A stretch of 64,000 nucleotides of DNA, taken from contig CAXHJY010001661.1 of assembly GCA_964016885.1 (NCBI GenBank), forward strand, positions 1 to 64,000. Reading direction: 5' to 3'. Under the pieces are notes generated by a model that saw only the letters and a program-made list of their open reading frames with translations, had not been told where the DNA came from and did not search any database. Source of the DNA: Eledone cirrhosa (Eukaryota). A program made the translations under genes and the position numbers. This document shows positions 52,687-64,000 of this stretch, piece after piece. The number at the start of each line of letters is the position of its first letter. Within the stretch, counting starts at the first letter, position 1.

Positions 52687-55600
52687 TTTACATTGTTGCC
52701 CCATGAAATATAATAAAGCAAAAGGATCAATGATAGAGTTCCAATGAACACCCATTTGCTTGAACACAAGGCTAGTAATTTTGTAGAATTCCTGATTGGC
52801 TATCGCCAGTCATTCAGCCACATGTTGATCTTGTAGTCCTCTCTAAACTATAGAGCAATGGACCTTGTTGCCAGATTCCTAGGTCTAGGAATGCATGAAG
52901 AGGAGTTTGTTATTAGACAAAACATTGTTATGCATTTGTCTTACTAGAAATACAAAATTTATTGTTCCACATCCTGATATAAATGGAAATTCTGTCTTAT
53001 CAAAGGTAACCGTATCCTGTACTAAATTCACTAAAACGTTTCCATCTACTTCTTCCACAACACTATTTTTTTTTATTCTTATTTTATTTCATCCCTCTCA
53101 TATGCTTCATCTTTTCTTCTAATTCATCCCATTGTTTTATTGTATAATGTCCTAAGTTAAATATTTAAAACGTTTTAGAAAGGGTATGAATATTACAATA
53201 AAAGTCTCTTGAAGCCATTGTTCTATACCTAAGTTGATGATACAAAACAACATAAAACCCTAATTTGATGTAAGAAACTTTCTCATGTTCCAATATCAAG
53301 AGACAGTGACTTTCATTAGAAATGTGTGCATAAAATGCTAAAGTGGTTTCTAGTTTATAATTGCATTATTAATGTTATGGAAATTAGATTTTTTTAATAT
53401 TAAGGGTCTATATTTAAACACTGGAACTTGTGTTTTATAGAGTGAAAATGGATAGGAAGGTACAGAACCACCCCACACTGAAGAAAATAGGGAAAGAATG
53501 AATGCTATATACGTAATGAGATTTAGACAACCAGCACTTTGCATGTTTACATGGCTTCTAATCTATTTCCATTACTTTTATTCTCTGATCTCTATATAGG
53601 TTAATCGATTTGACAAATCATCTTTGTAAATCAACATTTTTTATCCTGTTCATAATTTTCTCTATAGATATGATATTCCTATGCTAGCTACTTATATTGG
53701 AGTGCATATTTACTTTGACACAATTAGATCATAAATTGAATGTAGAGTAGTACCTCTTGTAAATTGACATTGCTTCCATTTTCTTTATTTGTGAGACATA
53801 CAGAGATGCATGCCCATATATAAATTTTAATGTATGTGTGGGTGGCAACTATTAAACATAAAGCAATATGCAGGGATACAATCTTATATGTAATTATTTG
53901 AAGTATGCATAATTATCTGTGAAGAGTAGTTGTGCATAACTTATTCTTATTTGTGGCCACATGCTAATTCTTGTTTATTGATTTTTAAATTAAATATCCA
54001 CTAAAAATAAGGAGATACTGCATTTGCTTTCTTTTATCCATATATAATATTTATCATCCAATTATTTATAATATTTATATATAATTCTTTCTCCCATAAA
54101 AGTCAGTAAGATAATTTGAGTTGTTTTTTATGTGAACAGTTTCTTCCTCTAAATACATTTATTACTACTAACCCATCTACCATGCAGAAGGTGTTTCACC
54201 AGTTTTGGCTTGAAACACTGAAGATATCAGAATAAATTATTTTTCCTAGTGCTATTAAACAATGTCAAAAAAACACATTGCTCACTTTTGAATTAGTATT
54301 CCTTCTGAAAAATTTAACATTCACTCATTCTAAAATAGTCTGAATTAAATAATTAAATTAAGTCAATTGAAAGGAATTTAATTCTATAGTCACTGACTGA
54401 AACGGGAAAAAGTGAGAACAACTATATATAATTTGCTGCCATGATTCAAAATGTATGTGTTCATTTGGGATCAGTTTGTTAATTAAAAGACCTTACAGCA
54501 GAAATATTAACAAATTCATTTTTTTTTTATATTGACAGTAGATATAAATGGAACAGTAAATGTTTTAATGAGAAAACTAGTTTGCAAGCTTCATTAAGAT
54601 TGTATAGCAGCTAAAAGGCATTGATTAAGTCATGAAACCATCATAGCATAGTTTTTGAATTTACTGTTTTATAGTATGATTCCAAAAGGAAAGTTTTAAT
54701 TAAGATTAGAGCATTCATTCAAACATCTTGTATGATTACTGAAATAATAGGATTTGATGCAGCTTTATGTTTATCGAATACTTTAAGATTTTCTTAGGGG
54801 TGTTTTTCTGATCTTTGCGTAATTGTTTTATACCTGAAGTGTTGTATTTTGGAATTTAAATGTTAAATTACATAACATTAAAAATTTTGCATGTTCCCTG
54901 CACTTAAGATTTTATCTTGAAAATCGTAGCCATTGTAGGAATTAAAGACAAAAATAAGTTTGTGTATATAGATTCTTAAATTTAATTTTTGCTTTTAATG
55001 AAATTTATTTTCGAAACCTGAAAATAGAAATCAAATAATGAATTTACATTTTGTAAAATTAACCCAATGTGGGGCAGGATTTGAACCTTTGGATTTATGA
55101 GTGATTCATGCTTCATTGACGTCCATCCTAAATTTGAAATGAAACAATTATATAATTTATTTATAAGCAAACTAAAGGCCTGTGCATATGACACTACCAT
55201 AATGCCATTATATTTCATTATTTATGTTTTTAGTATTTATTTATTAAAAATATATTTCAAATATTAGTATAATCAAATTGTTTTGGAACATATATTTACA
55301 GAAGTTACAGCAATCATCATATTTTATATTTACTTAATATATTTCTATTTATTTTAAATGTAAATTGTCTACATTCTCAGCAAGTATTTTATATAGACAA
55401 ATGTATTTATCAAATTCCATTATATTGAAACAGTGATTTTATTTCATTGGCAATTGGCCAGAATTATTCTGGCTATGTACAATCTATCAATTTGTACCTC
55501 ATCTCAAGGTGTCTAGAGGTCAGTATTTTTAAGCCTGATCTAAACCCGTGAAACTATTTAGTCTGAAAGTAAATTAAATAATCCAGTTAATAGTATTCAA

Positions 55601-58600
55601 GTTGTATATATTCAAATCAATATTTTGTTTTGTTTATGGGAAGTATAAATATTTTTCATCATCACTTGAACAAAACAGAGAAAATAGATTAACTGGTCAA
55701 TTTCGAATTTTGTAAAATTAAATAAATGAAGAGACCAAAATTTTTAAGGCAAAACATTGCATTTAAAAAAGTCTATATTGGTTTAGACAAATGATGAATG
55801 AGAGAATTGTAAATTATTGCCTGCTCAATGTAGCAAAATTATATATAAATCATGTTGTTTTATACTACAGTCTCTAATGATTAGAAACAAAACATACTCT
55901 TTTTGTTATCAAACACTGTTAGTATCAGGTATTATAAATTGATGTAAATAGTAATTTAATTTTTTAAATACAACAACTTGTATTTCCAATGTTTTGAATT
56001 TATATGATGTGTTTTCTTATTTCTTAAAAAATACAAAACATTTAAAATATAAATGCTAATTTCATGTGAATAAGTAGAAAAGATCATAGTGTTTTGTAAA
56101 ACAATTTAATTTAAAACATCTAATGAGAAAACATGTCACAGAATGGATTTCAAAGAGAATATATTTCTATGTTTATATATAAAAAGGTCATCAAACTAAT
56201 TGGCAAAGAATCACTCACTAACTAATCCACACCCATGACATTTCCATTCCATAACTTTTCTACCATTATTATAATAGATTCATTATCACTGAACTAGCAA
56301 ACAGCACATCACCTTAACACAATATACTAGTTTCTGTACAACTTGCCACTTTTACTGTATCTCATCCACCAAATGGTGCCAGTAACATTTTGCTAAATCC
56401 TTGCCACAAAGAACATCACATGGAGCGTTCTATCCCATAATTTCCTTATATGTATCACATGCAGAAATTTATTTCCTCCTGACTAATATATATAATCCTG
56501 GAAAAACCAAAAACAAAGCTGATGGAGAATACAGAAATCTTTTCCATTATTTCCATTATTTCTTCTGAAAATATTTGAGAAGGATGATTAAGATTTATTC
56601 TGCTTATTCAGCTTGTAAGTTATAGGGAGGCCTAACTTAGGTAAAATTATACATATATATATATATGTGTGTGTGTGTTGATTATATATATATGTGTGTG
56701 TGTCTGTATATGTATTTATGTGAAGGGATCTTGAAACTAAACCTGACTGAGAAATAACAAATATATTACAGAATTACTTCTTTTTGTAAATGTTACCATC
56801 ATTTCTTTTCCTGCACATGTTCAGAAAACCTGACTTAGTTCTTGAATATTTTTTTTTTTTTTTAACCTTCTCCTTGTAACCTTCTGCTCGAGGATTTCTT
56901 TGATCTAGTATGTCAGAATTATTTAACATAGGACACTCAACAATATAATAAAGTATTTTATTTTTTACTATTACTCACATACATTTTGTAGCTTACTGTA
57001 ATCTGTTCTTCCTAATTCTGTTTAATGATGCAGTTTTATTGCACTTCTTCCTTTATCTACTTATTTTTCAAAGCTTGTAAGCTATGTTCCTCTCCAATGT
57101 TCTTCAAATCTCTGTCTTTGTTGACCTTACAGTTGACGTGATAAGTTTCTTCTAAGATCATATAACTTAGTAATTGTCTTTACTCTTTTGTCCTGTTTTG
57201 AGTTCACATACTCTAATCTACTAAATTTATGCCCTGAATAAGGTAAAATAGTTTTGTGTGTATAATCTATTTTTCATTCTATTGATAATGCCTTTTATAG
57301 AATATGTGCAAATCCTAAACTGATACATTCTGAACCTCGTATATAAGGTTTACCTGGCAATTCATGAATTTTCTGCTCTGTATATCATGTTTTCATGTAA
57401 CACATGTAATTATAGAGACTGTATTTGTGTATTCCTATTTCATGAGTCTTAATATATGGAGAATGTTTCAATCTCTTCTATTAAGATGTTATTGCTTATT
57501 AGGCATGGTACACTAATAAATATACATGCTATTTTCATTCTCCATAAGTACTGGAGAGTATAACTGTAGTGTATAATTGCTGCTAGATATTTTCCAGTCA
57601 AAATAGATATTAATTTTATGCCTCCTGGTATATTTTGAGAGACAATGTGAAGCATATAACCAAGATACTAAAAACTGTTTTGCCAAATTAAATACACATG
57701 TGCCATTCACATTTAAAATGTTGACAAAATATATTCATGGTAGTGTCTAACATTTGGTATTAGCCATGAGTATTAATTATCAGGACTTTTGTTTCTTCCT
57801 TTTCGGCAAGGTAAATGAAAATTGTATATATGTTGTTATCACAATCAGATTTATTAAGTTATTTAGGAATTGTCTATTGTGGTATTTTAATTCCTATGTT
57901 GTGTTCTATTTCTTAAGTAATTTGTGCTCTACTCTTTTCTTTATTCAATATACATAATACACTTTTATCTTTATACTTGTACCTTCTGCTATGTGTGATT
58001 TAAAAAAAAAATTTACTCAGTTTTGTAAAATATTTCTTCTTTGTATTTGAAATGCAACTGTATCGTTTTAACATGATGTTTTGCAACTGCATTTTATAGT
58101 GTTCTTTTCTCTAGTTTCTTGTCCAAACACCAACTTTGTAAACACTTCCTGTTGAATTTCAATCTATAATTAAGAACTGAGCTGTAAAAAACGTTTTTGG
58201 AGCTAATCTCTTTTAAATATTCAATTCTCGATCTAAATTGTGTCTGACTTTGAATTTGTAAGTGATTAAATATTATTTGATTATTTTTAAAGCGAAACCA
58301 TGTTTACATAAAGCATATAAACAGTTTTGATAATTATATATCTTCATTGATTCACGGCAGTAGCATGCAGAGTGTATATGTTGTCCCTGGGAATGTGGTG
58401 GGGAATTAAACTGAACAATCACACAGGATTCTCCATTTAAGCTAATAAGCACAGCCCCCACATAGATTTCTCAACTACCCATCTAAAATCTACATGCAGA
58501 TCGAAAGGCTGAAAAATGTATTCACTTGAAATTTGATGCTTATGCATGAACAAATTTACACAATGATGTGTATACTTGTTTTCTAAAAGGTGATCTCATT

Positions 58601-61320
58601 TGGGGAGACTGGACTTAATAAATATGATGATGATGATGATGATTTTAGATTAATTTGAATTACCTCTTTAATCTGTTAATTTGAATTACTTGATTCATCT
58701 GTTTTTATATTTAAAATTACTTCCTTGCTCCCATTTCTCAGTACTATGCCTCATATTTGAAGTTTAGGTCAAGGAGTTGACCCCAGACATCGCCAAATCC
58801 CTACATGTCACGGATTTAAGTTTTCCTAATATAGTACCCCTTATAGGCTTTCTTTGTAGTCTATCCAGTCAGTATGAATTTATTTTATTTTAGTTTGTAA
58901 TATTGCTATGGTTCCCATAGAAAAGAATAGCTTCTGCAAGCTCTGTATTTATTTTCATATTCATGTTAATATATGTTTTCACATTTCATTCACGTTCTTG
59001 CAAGGGGTTAGAAATCATGTGATTAGCCTAAAGTTTTTTAATTTTACTATTTTTTTTGTCACAGTAGCTATATTGCCATATTTGCATTTCCCACAACAGG
59101 ACAACTTGTCTAACCCATGCTAGCATGGAAGAATGGACGTAAAATGGTGATGATGATGATAAATATATACATAGATACATGTATACAATCATAGATTACA
59201 TGAATACATACATAGATACATGTATACATACATAATATTATATATAATACTCAGCTGATTTGTAATATGTCTATAATGTTTATAAATTTGATCTTTTCAA
59301 ACGTTTAATTTCATCTGGCACACTTACGAGATGGCTGCATATATTTACATCTGTTGGCACAAGAATTTGTTTTCCTTATTCTCACTTTGTAATGCTAGTT
59401 TTCATGATATTTGTTTCTTGCATTCTGTTACATTATGCTGTAGCATTGATTTCACAGTAGCAGCTTCCTGATGTTTCATACTCTGTGTTATTGTTTAATG
59501 TTATAATGTGAATTTCTTGTATCATTTATTATATTCCTATAGTATTTCACTTTTATAATTTCCTGTTCATCTAAATTTAGACAGCTATTTTTTAAAGTTG
59601 TTTTATGTTTGATAGTCAGATTCAATTTGTTGGTGCCTTGATGTTGCATGGGGCTTAATTTTGCAGTAAAAAAGGCATTATTGCATATAACTACTTTGCA
59701 CTGTTTGACTTCTGTTTCACATATTTTTATCTCTGATTCTGTGTTGTTATGTTCTGTGGCAAATTGGCAGAGTCATTAGGGCAACAGAATTTGGTTTTTG
59801 TTTCAGTTTACTGCATCTAAGTTTGAATCTCAACAAGGTCAGCTGTCTTTCATCCTTTTACGATCAATAAATAAAGTTCTAGTCCAAGGGTGGAGGATTG
59901 GCAGAATGTTAAAGAGTTGAATGTGATGCTTTGCAGTATCTGATCTGGCTTTGTGCATTCTTAGTTCAAATACCACTTCCTTCTGCCAAATAGCATCAGC
60001 AATGGAAACATTGTTTCCTTGGTCCAATCTGATGATCAGCTCATTTCCTGAAGAATGGTTTATGGAGTCATTTGACTTCATATAAATAGCAATTAAACAT
60101 CTCTCAAATTACATCTTGTCATCTTAAAAATGAAAAGGACATAGTGGAGGAAGATTTATTATTTATACACATACACAGTTAAAAAGAAACGTGATGATCA
60201 TGTTTAGAATGTTTTTGATCATAAGTTTTCTGAATGAAGGTTGATCTTGGGTTAAACAACATTAACCTCATTATATTGCTCTGTCAGTTTAAATATCACT
60301 GCTGACTTGCTTCTGTGTTTAATTTGCAACGCCAAAGTTCTGGGGAATTGTGTTGCCATAAAACCTGGTGTAATGATAAGTCTAGAAAATTTATATTAAT
60401 TTAATGAATTACGTCTAGTCACTTAGAATTATTCAGAATTTTCCAAGCTAAATGATCAGTATTTCTTTTCTAGTATAGGAAGACAGTGTGAAAACAATGG
60501 GGAACTATGCAGTAAATAAACAACTAATGTTATTTACTACACAAACACTAAATCATTATCCCAATCTTCATCATCATCATCATCACCTCCTCCTCCTCTT
60601 CCTCCTCCTCTAACACTTTAACTAGAGAACTAGAGGCAGTTCCATATTAACCTTAAATACATGCAATCTTTTGTTTAGTTTTTGTTTTCTATTATATTGA
60701 AAAGACTCTATATGATATGTGTACATTACCCTATTCTTTCTGTATGTTGGGTACGTTCTGGTGTTTTGATATGTATTTCATGCCATCTTTTATTTTACCA
60801 TTCACAATGCATCTGTTATTACAAGGGTTGTCTCTGGTTTCATGTTCTATGTTCTGGATATCTGTATTTATAGATTTTTATACTAGAAGAGTTTCTCCAT
60901 TTCTTTTACAGATATATTGTCATTAGTTGATAGTTTTACAATGGTTAGGAAACATGTTTTCCTGATAATCTTTTACAACATCTGGAGTAATTACCTTAAC
61001 CCTTTTGCCACCATATTTCTAATCAAAACATTGCCTATGATTTTCAAATAATTCTGAATATAAAAAAGAATTTTTAGGTATTTAGTTATATAACTAACTT
61101 TCTCCTTATAAACCACTGTTTTGAACATAAGTTAACAAAAGTACTTTCATATAATTGTAATGGGAGAGTTTTAGATAAATATAAGCATTTTAAACAGCTT
61201 AGTATTATAGAATCAGAGGCAATTACAGATGGTTAGCTGTTAAAAGGGGAAATCTCCCTGTCGGTATAAATTGGCAGCTTCCAAAATATATGGTGTCTGT
61301 TTCTATTTTTGTATTACATT

Positions 61321-61375
<55 letters not shown>

Positions 61376-61994
61376 GTGTGTGTTAATGCATAGGATCTCA
61401 CCAGTGTGAATTGCAGTGCATTTATCAATATACTACCATTAAGTAGAGTGGATTAAATTGATTTGAAGGCCAATGTAATGTTGGTAATAGATCTAGACTA
61501 GATGTGAAATGTAGGCCCCTTCAAAATTGCAGACCTATGCTAAATGGCTCACCTGTCTTCTCTGATTTGGCATGTATTCAAGCCTTCTACTCAATCATGC
61601 ACTCCCTCACTTATATCTATATATGAGATACCCTGTTGAAAGGTCTCTAGGATGAAAGCTTCCACTCTTGATATGATTAGTCTTGTGTAGTGTTAGTATT
61701 GCTAAGGTTTTAATTGTGGGAGGGATAGAATGCTTTTCTTTTTTTGAAATAATGTTTTATTATATTATCTGCATTCATCTTTGGTTTTGTCTCTGCAGTT
61801 GATTTGTTAATATGGATATGATAAATTATTAAATGGTTGAAGATGATAAATTAATTGTGTTAACCATGGTATTTGTAGCTGAGTAATTGTATTTGGTCTG
61901 GTGAGTCATGGTTAGTTTAGGTTTGTTGTATTAATTTACCTTTATTTATATCCATTTTTAGTGGGGTTATGAGAGAAGTAGTTTCATATATATG

Positions 61995-62025
<31 letters not shown>

Positions 62026-62026
<1 letters not shown>

Positions 62027-62382
62027 CGATATTAAGCAAATGGAAACTATATTTATAAAACCATATTTATTTCGTTATATATATTTCAGGGATATCATAT
62101 TAGAAATATGGTATGCCTTCCTCAGACAAAATACAATACATAAGCTGTTTTATAAATAATTTTTGACATACCTTATAAATAATGCAACTTCCATTTAAAA
62201 ATCAACTTTTTAAATGGAAGTTGCATTATTTATAAGGTATGTCAAAAATTATTTATAAAACAGCTTATGTATTGTATTTTGTCTGAGGAAGGCATACCAT
62301 ATTTCTAATATGATATCCCTGAAATATATATAACGAAATAAATATGGTTTTATAAATATAGTTTCCATTTGCTTAATATCGT
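62026..62382. repeat. Near-perfect ~175-bp-arm palindrome adjoining (TA)n
   Basis: acgatattaagcaaatgg...ccatttaaaaa tcaac tttttaaatgg...ccatttgcttaatatcgt. Confidence 0.95.
62275..62340 (+). ncRNA. Minimal type I hammerhead (mirror copy 62068-62133 on -)
   Basis: tattttgt CTGAGGA agg-c-ata-c-catatt-tct-aatatg-a-tat-c-cct GAAA T ATAT A TA acgaaata: 8-bp stem I and palindromic stem III. Confidence 0.8.
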
Positions 62383-63134
62383 AAACCTACTCCAGAAATT
62401 GTTGAGTGCTTTTATATCAGTTATAAAATATTTACTCGTTGTAACCCAACAATCTTAAATAAAACTTTTGCATATATTTATATATATATATATATATTAA
62501 TCTGTTATTTTAATAAATATTTGCTCTAGGGTTCTTATATATTTGATATATATGTATCCTTATCGAGCCCTCTTTGGATTTTAGTCTTCACATTTATTAT
62601 TATTACTATATATATATATACATACATACATACATACATACATACATACATGCATACATACATACATACATACATACATGTGTGTGTGTGTGTGTTTACA
62701 TAATAAATAAAGAAAGAAAATACAACAATGCTGATAAATAAATAAATCAGTAATGTGCAAAAATGATAGTTTGTATGATTGCCCAAATCTATTAATATGA
62801 TGACACATGAGTGTGGGGATACAGCGATACAGGGCTATAAAACTGTAAAAATATCAATTTAAAAAAACATTTGCTGTTGCAAAATCAGGAGGAGTGCAAC
62901 CCATTTGAGGAAAATATCTTGTGAGATAGACTAGTGAGAGTGGCTGATGCAATAGTGTTGTTGGCTGTTCTCAGTCGCCTTCACCATTTCCTCAATGGGG
63001 CACAATTGAGACATACGACCTAGAATAGGGTGTAGAGTTTGCCATTCCCTCCTCCTCTCCCTTACTTTCACTATATAATTTTTTTTCCTTCTTTTCCTTT
63101 CTATTGTATTATCTTATGTGCTCATGTATAAGGC

Positions 63135-63340
63135 TTGTGAATTGGCAGTTCAAAAACATTTTTTTGGTATAGAGTAACAGCCCTTTCATGCTCTGAGTTC
63201 AAATCTTGCCGAGGTTAGCTTTTCCTTTCATCCTTACAGGGTCGATAAAATAAAGTACCAGTAATGCTTTGGAGTCGATTTAATCTAAATTCTCTTTCCC
63301 TTGAAATTGCTGGCTTTGTACCACATGCGGAAACAATTAT
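63135..63340 (+). mobile_element. tRNA-derived SINE, diverged
   Basis: gagttcaaatc..ttcatccttacagggtcgataaaataaagtaccagtaatgc. Confidence 0.75.
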
Positions 63341-64000
63341 TTTATGTATTTTCATTTCGTTTGTTGGCACATTATGAAAGTGGGAGATGATTAAGTAAAA
63401 ACAAACATATGTAGAATCTGTGATAAAACAAATGAAGGTGATGAATTGTATTATGTAAAGAGAGGAAAGTATTGGTGGAATACACAGAACAAATACGGTC
63501 TTGTTAAGAGTTAAGATATAGGAATATTAGAATACAAATCACTGGGTGATGGTAGATGGAATTCAGAGGCTACATGTGTACACACTTGTACATACAGACA
63601 GAGACTAGTTCCAATTCTGAAGTCAACGTAGAGCCAGATTGCCAAATTATTGTCTATAAAATAAAATGCACAACACATACTGGATTGAAATACTTGACAT
63701 ACCCTTTTCCTCAAAAGCTATTGCTGGTGTTGTGCTTAAATTAGAAATCATTATTGTTGTGTTTGTGCCACTGTGCTGTTGTTACTACTGCTTCTGCTGA
63801 TACTATTAATACTATGTTTATGGTTTTCTTTCACTGTATTTCCAAGCACAGCTCTGTGCACCATGGGTATATGTTTTCAGTTTTGTATTTTATTTTGTAC
63901 TGGAAGTATTTTACATAATACATGTGCAGTGCTTTGTCATGCTAAGTTTTGAGCTGTTTGTATTTCTAAGATCTAAGGATTTTGTTTGGTATATCTACAT

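Noticed and set aside
60996-61250. TTAACCCTTT-type MITE remnant, related to ~40668-40850
   Set aside because: The ends are too decayed to call with confidence.
40000-62000. Scattered 60-90 aa ORFs
   Set aside because: Their composition is that expected from AT-rich non-coding DNA, with no domains or consistent splice structure.

Overview
AT-rich, microsatellite-dense animal genomic DNA with no host gene I can support. The repeat repertoire suggests a cephalopod or other mollusc, but that is inference. The first ~40 kb is a pile of retroelements: two Penelope-like elements (PLEs), an intact R4/Dong-type non-LTR element, a full-length but inactivated L1/Tx1-type element, RTE-clade LINEs with a PHD-like finger inside the RT, and tRNA-derived SINEs. 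The last ~24 kb is mostly non-coding with scattered SINEs, MITE-like remnants and foldbacks. The main hidden signal is RNA structure. At least seven sequence-unrelated families of type I hammerhead ribozyme (HHR) folds occur here. They include a 466-bp HHR-bearing tandem array arranged as two divergent arms inside a (TA)n tract (retrozyme-like), HHRs flanking both PLEs, several non-coding inverted-repeat elements carrying HHRs, and core variants (U3:A8 compensatory, U4A). All folds were paired by eye and none has been tested for activity.
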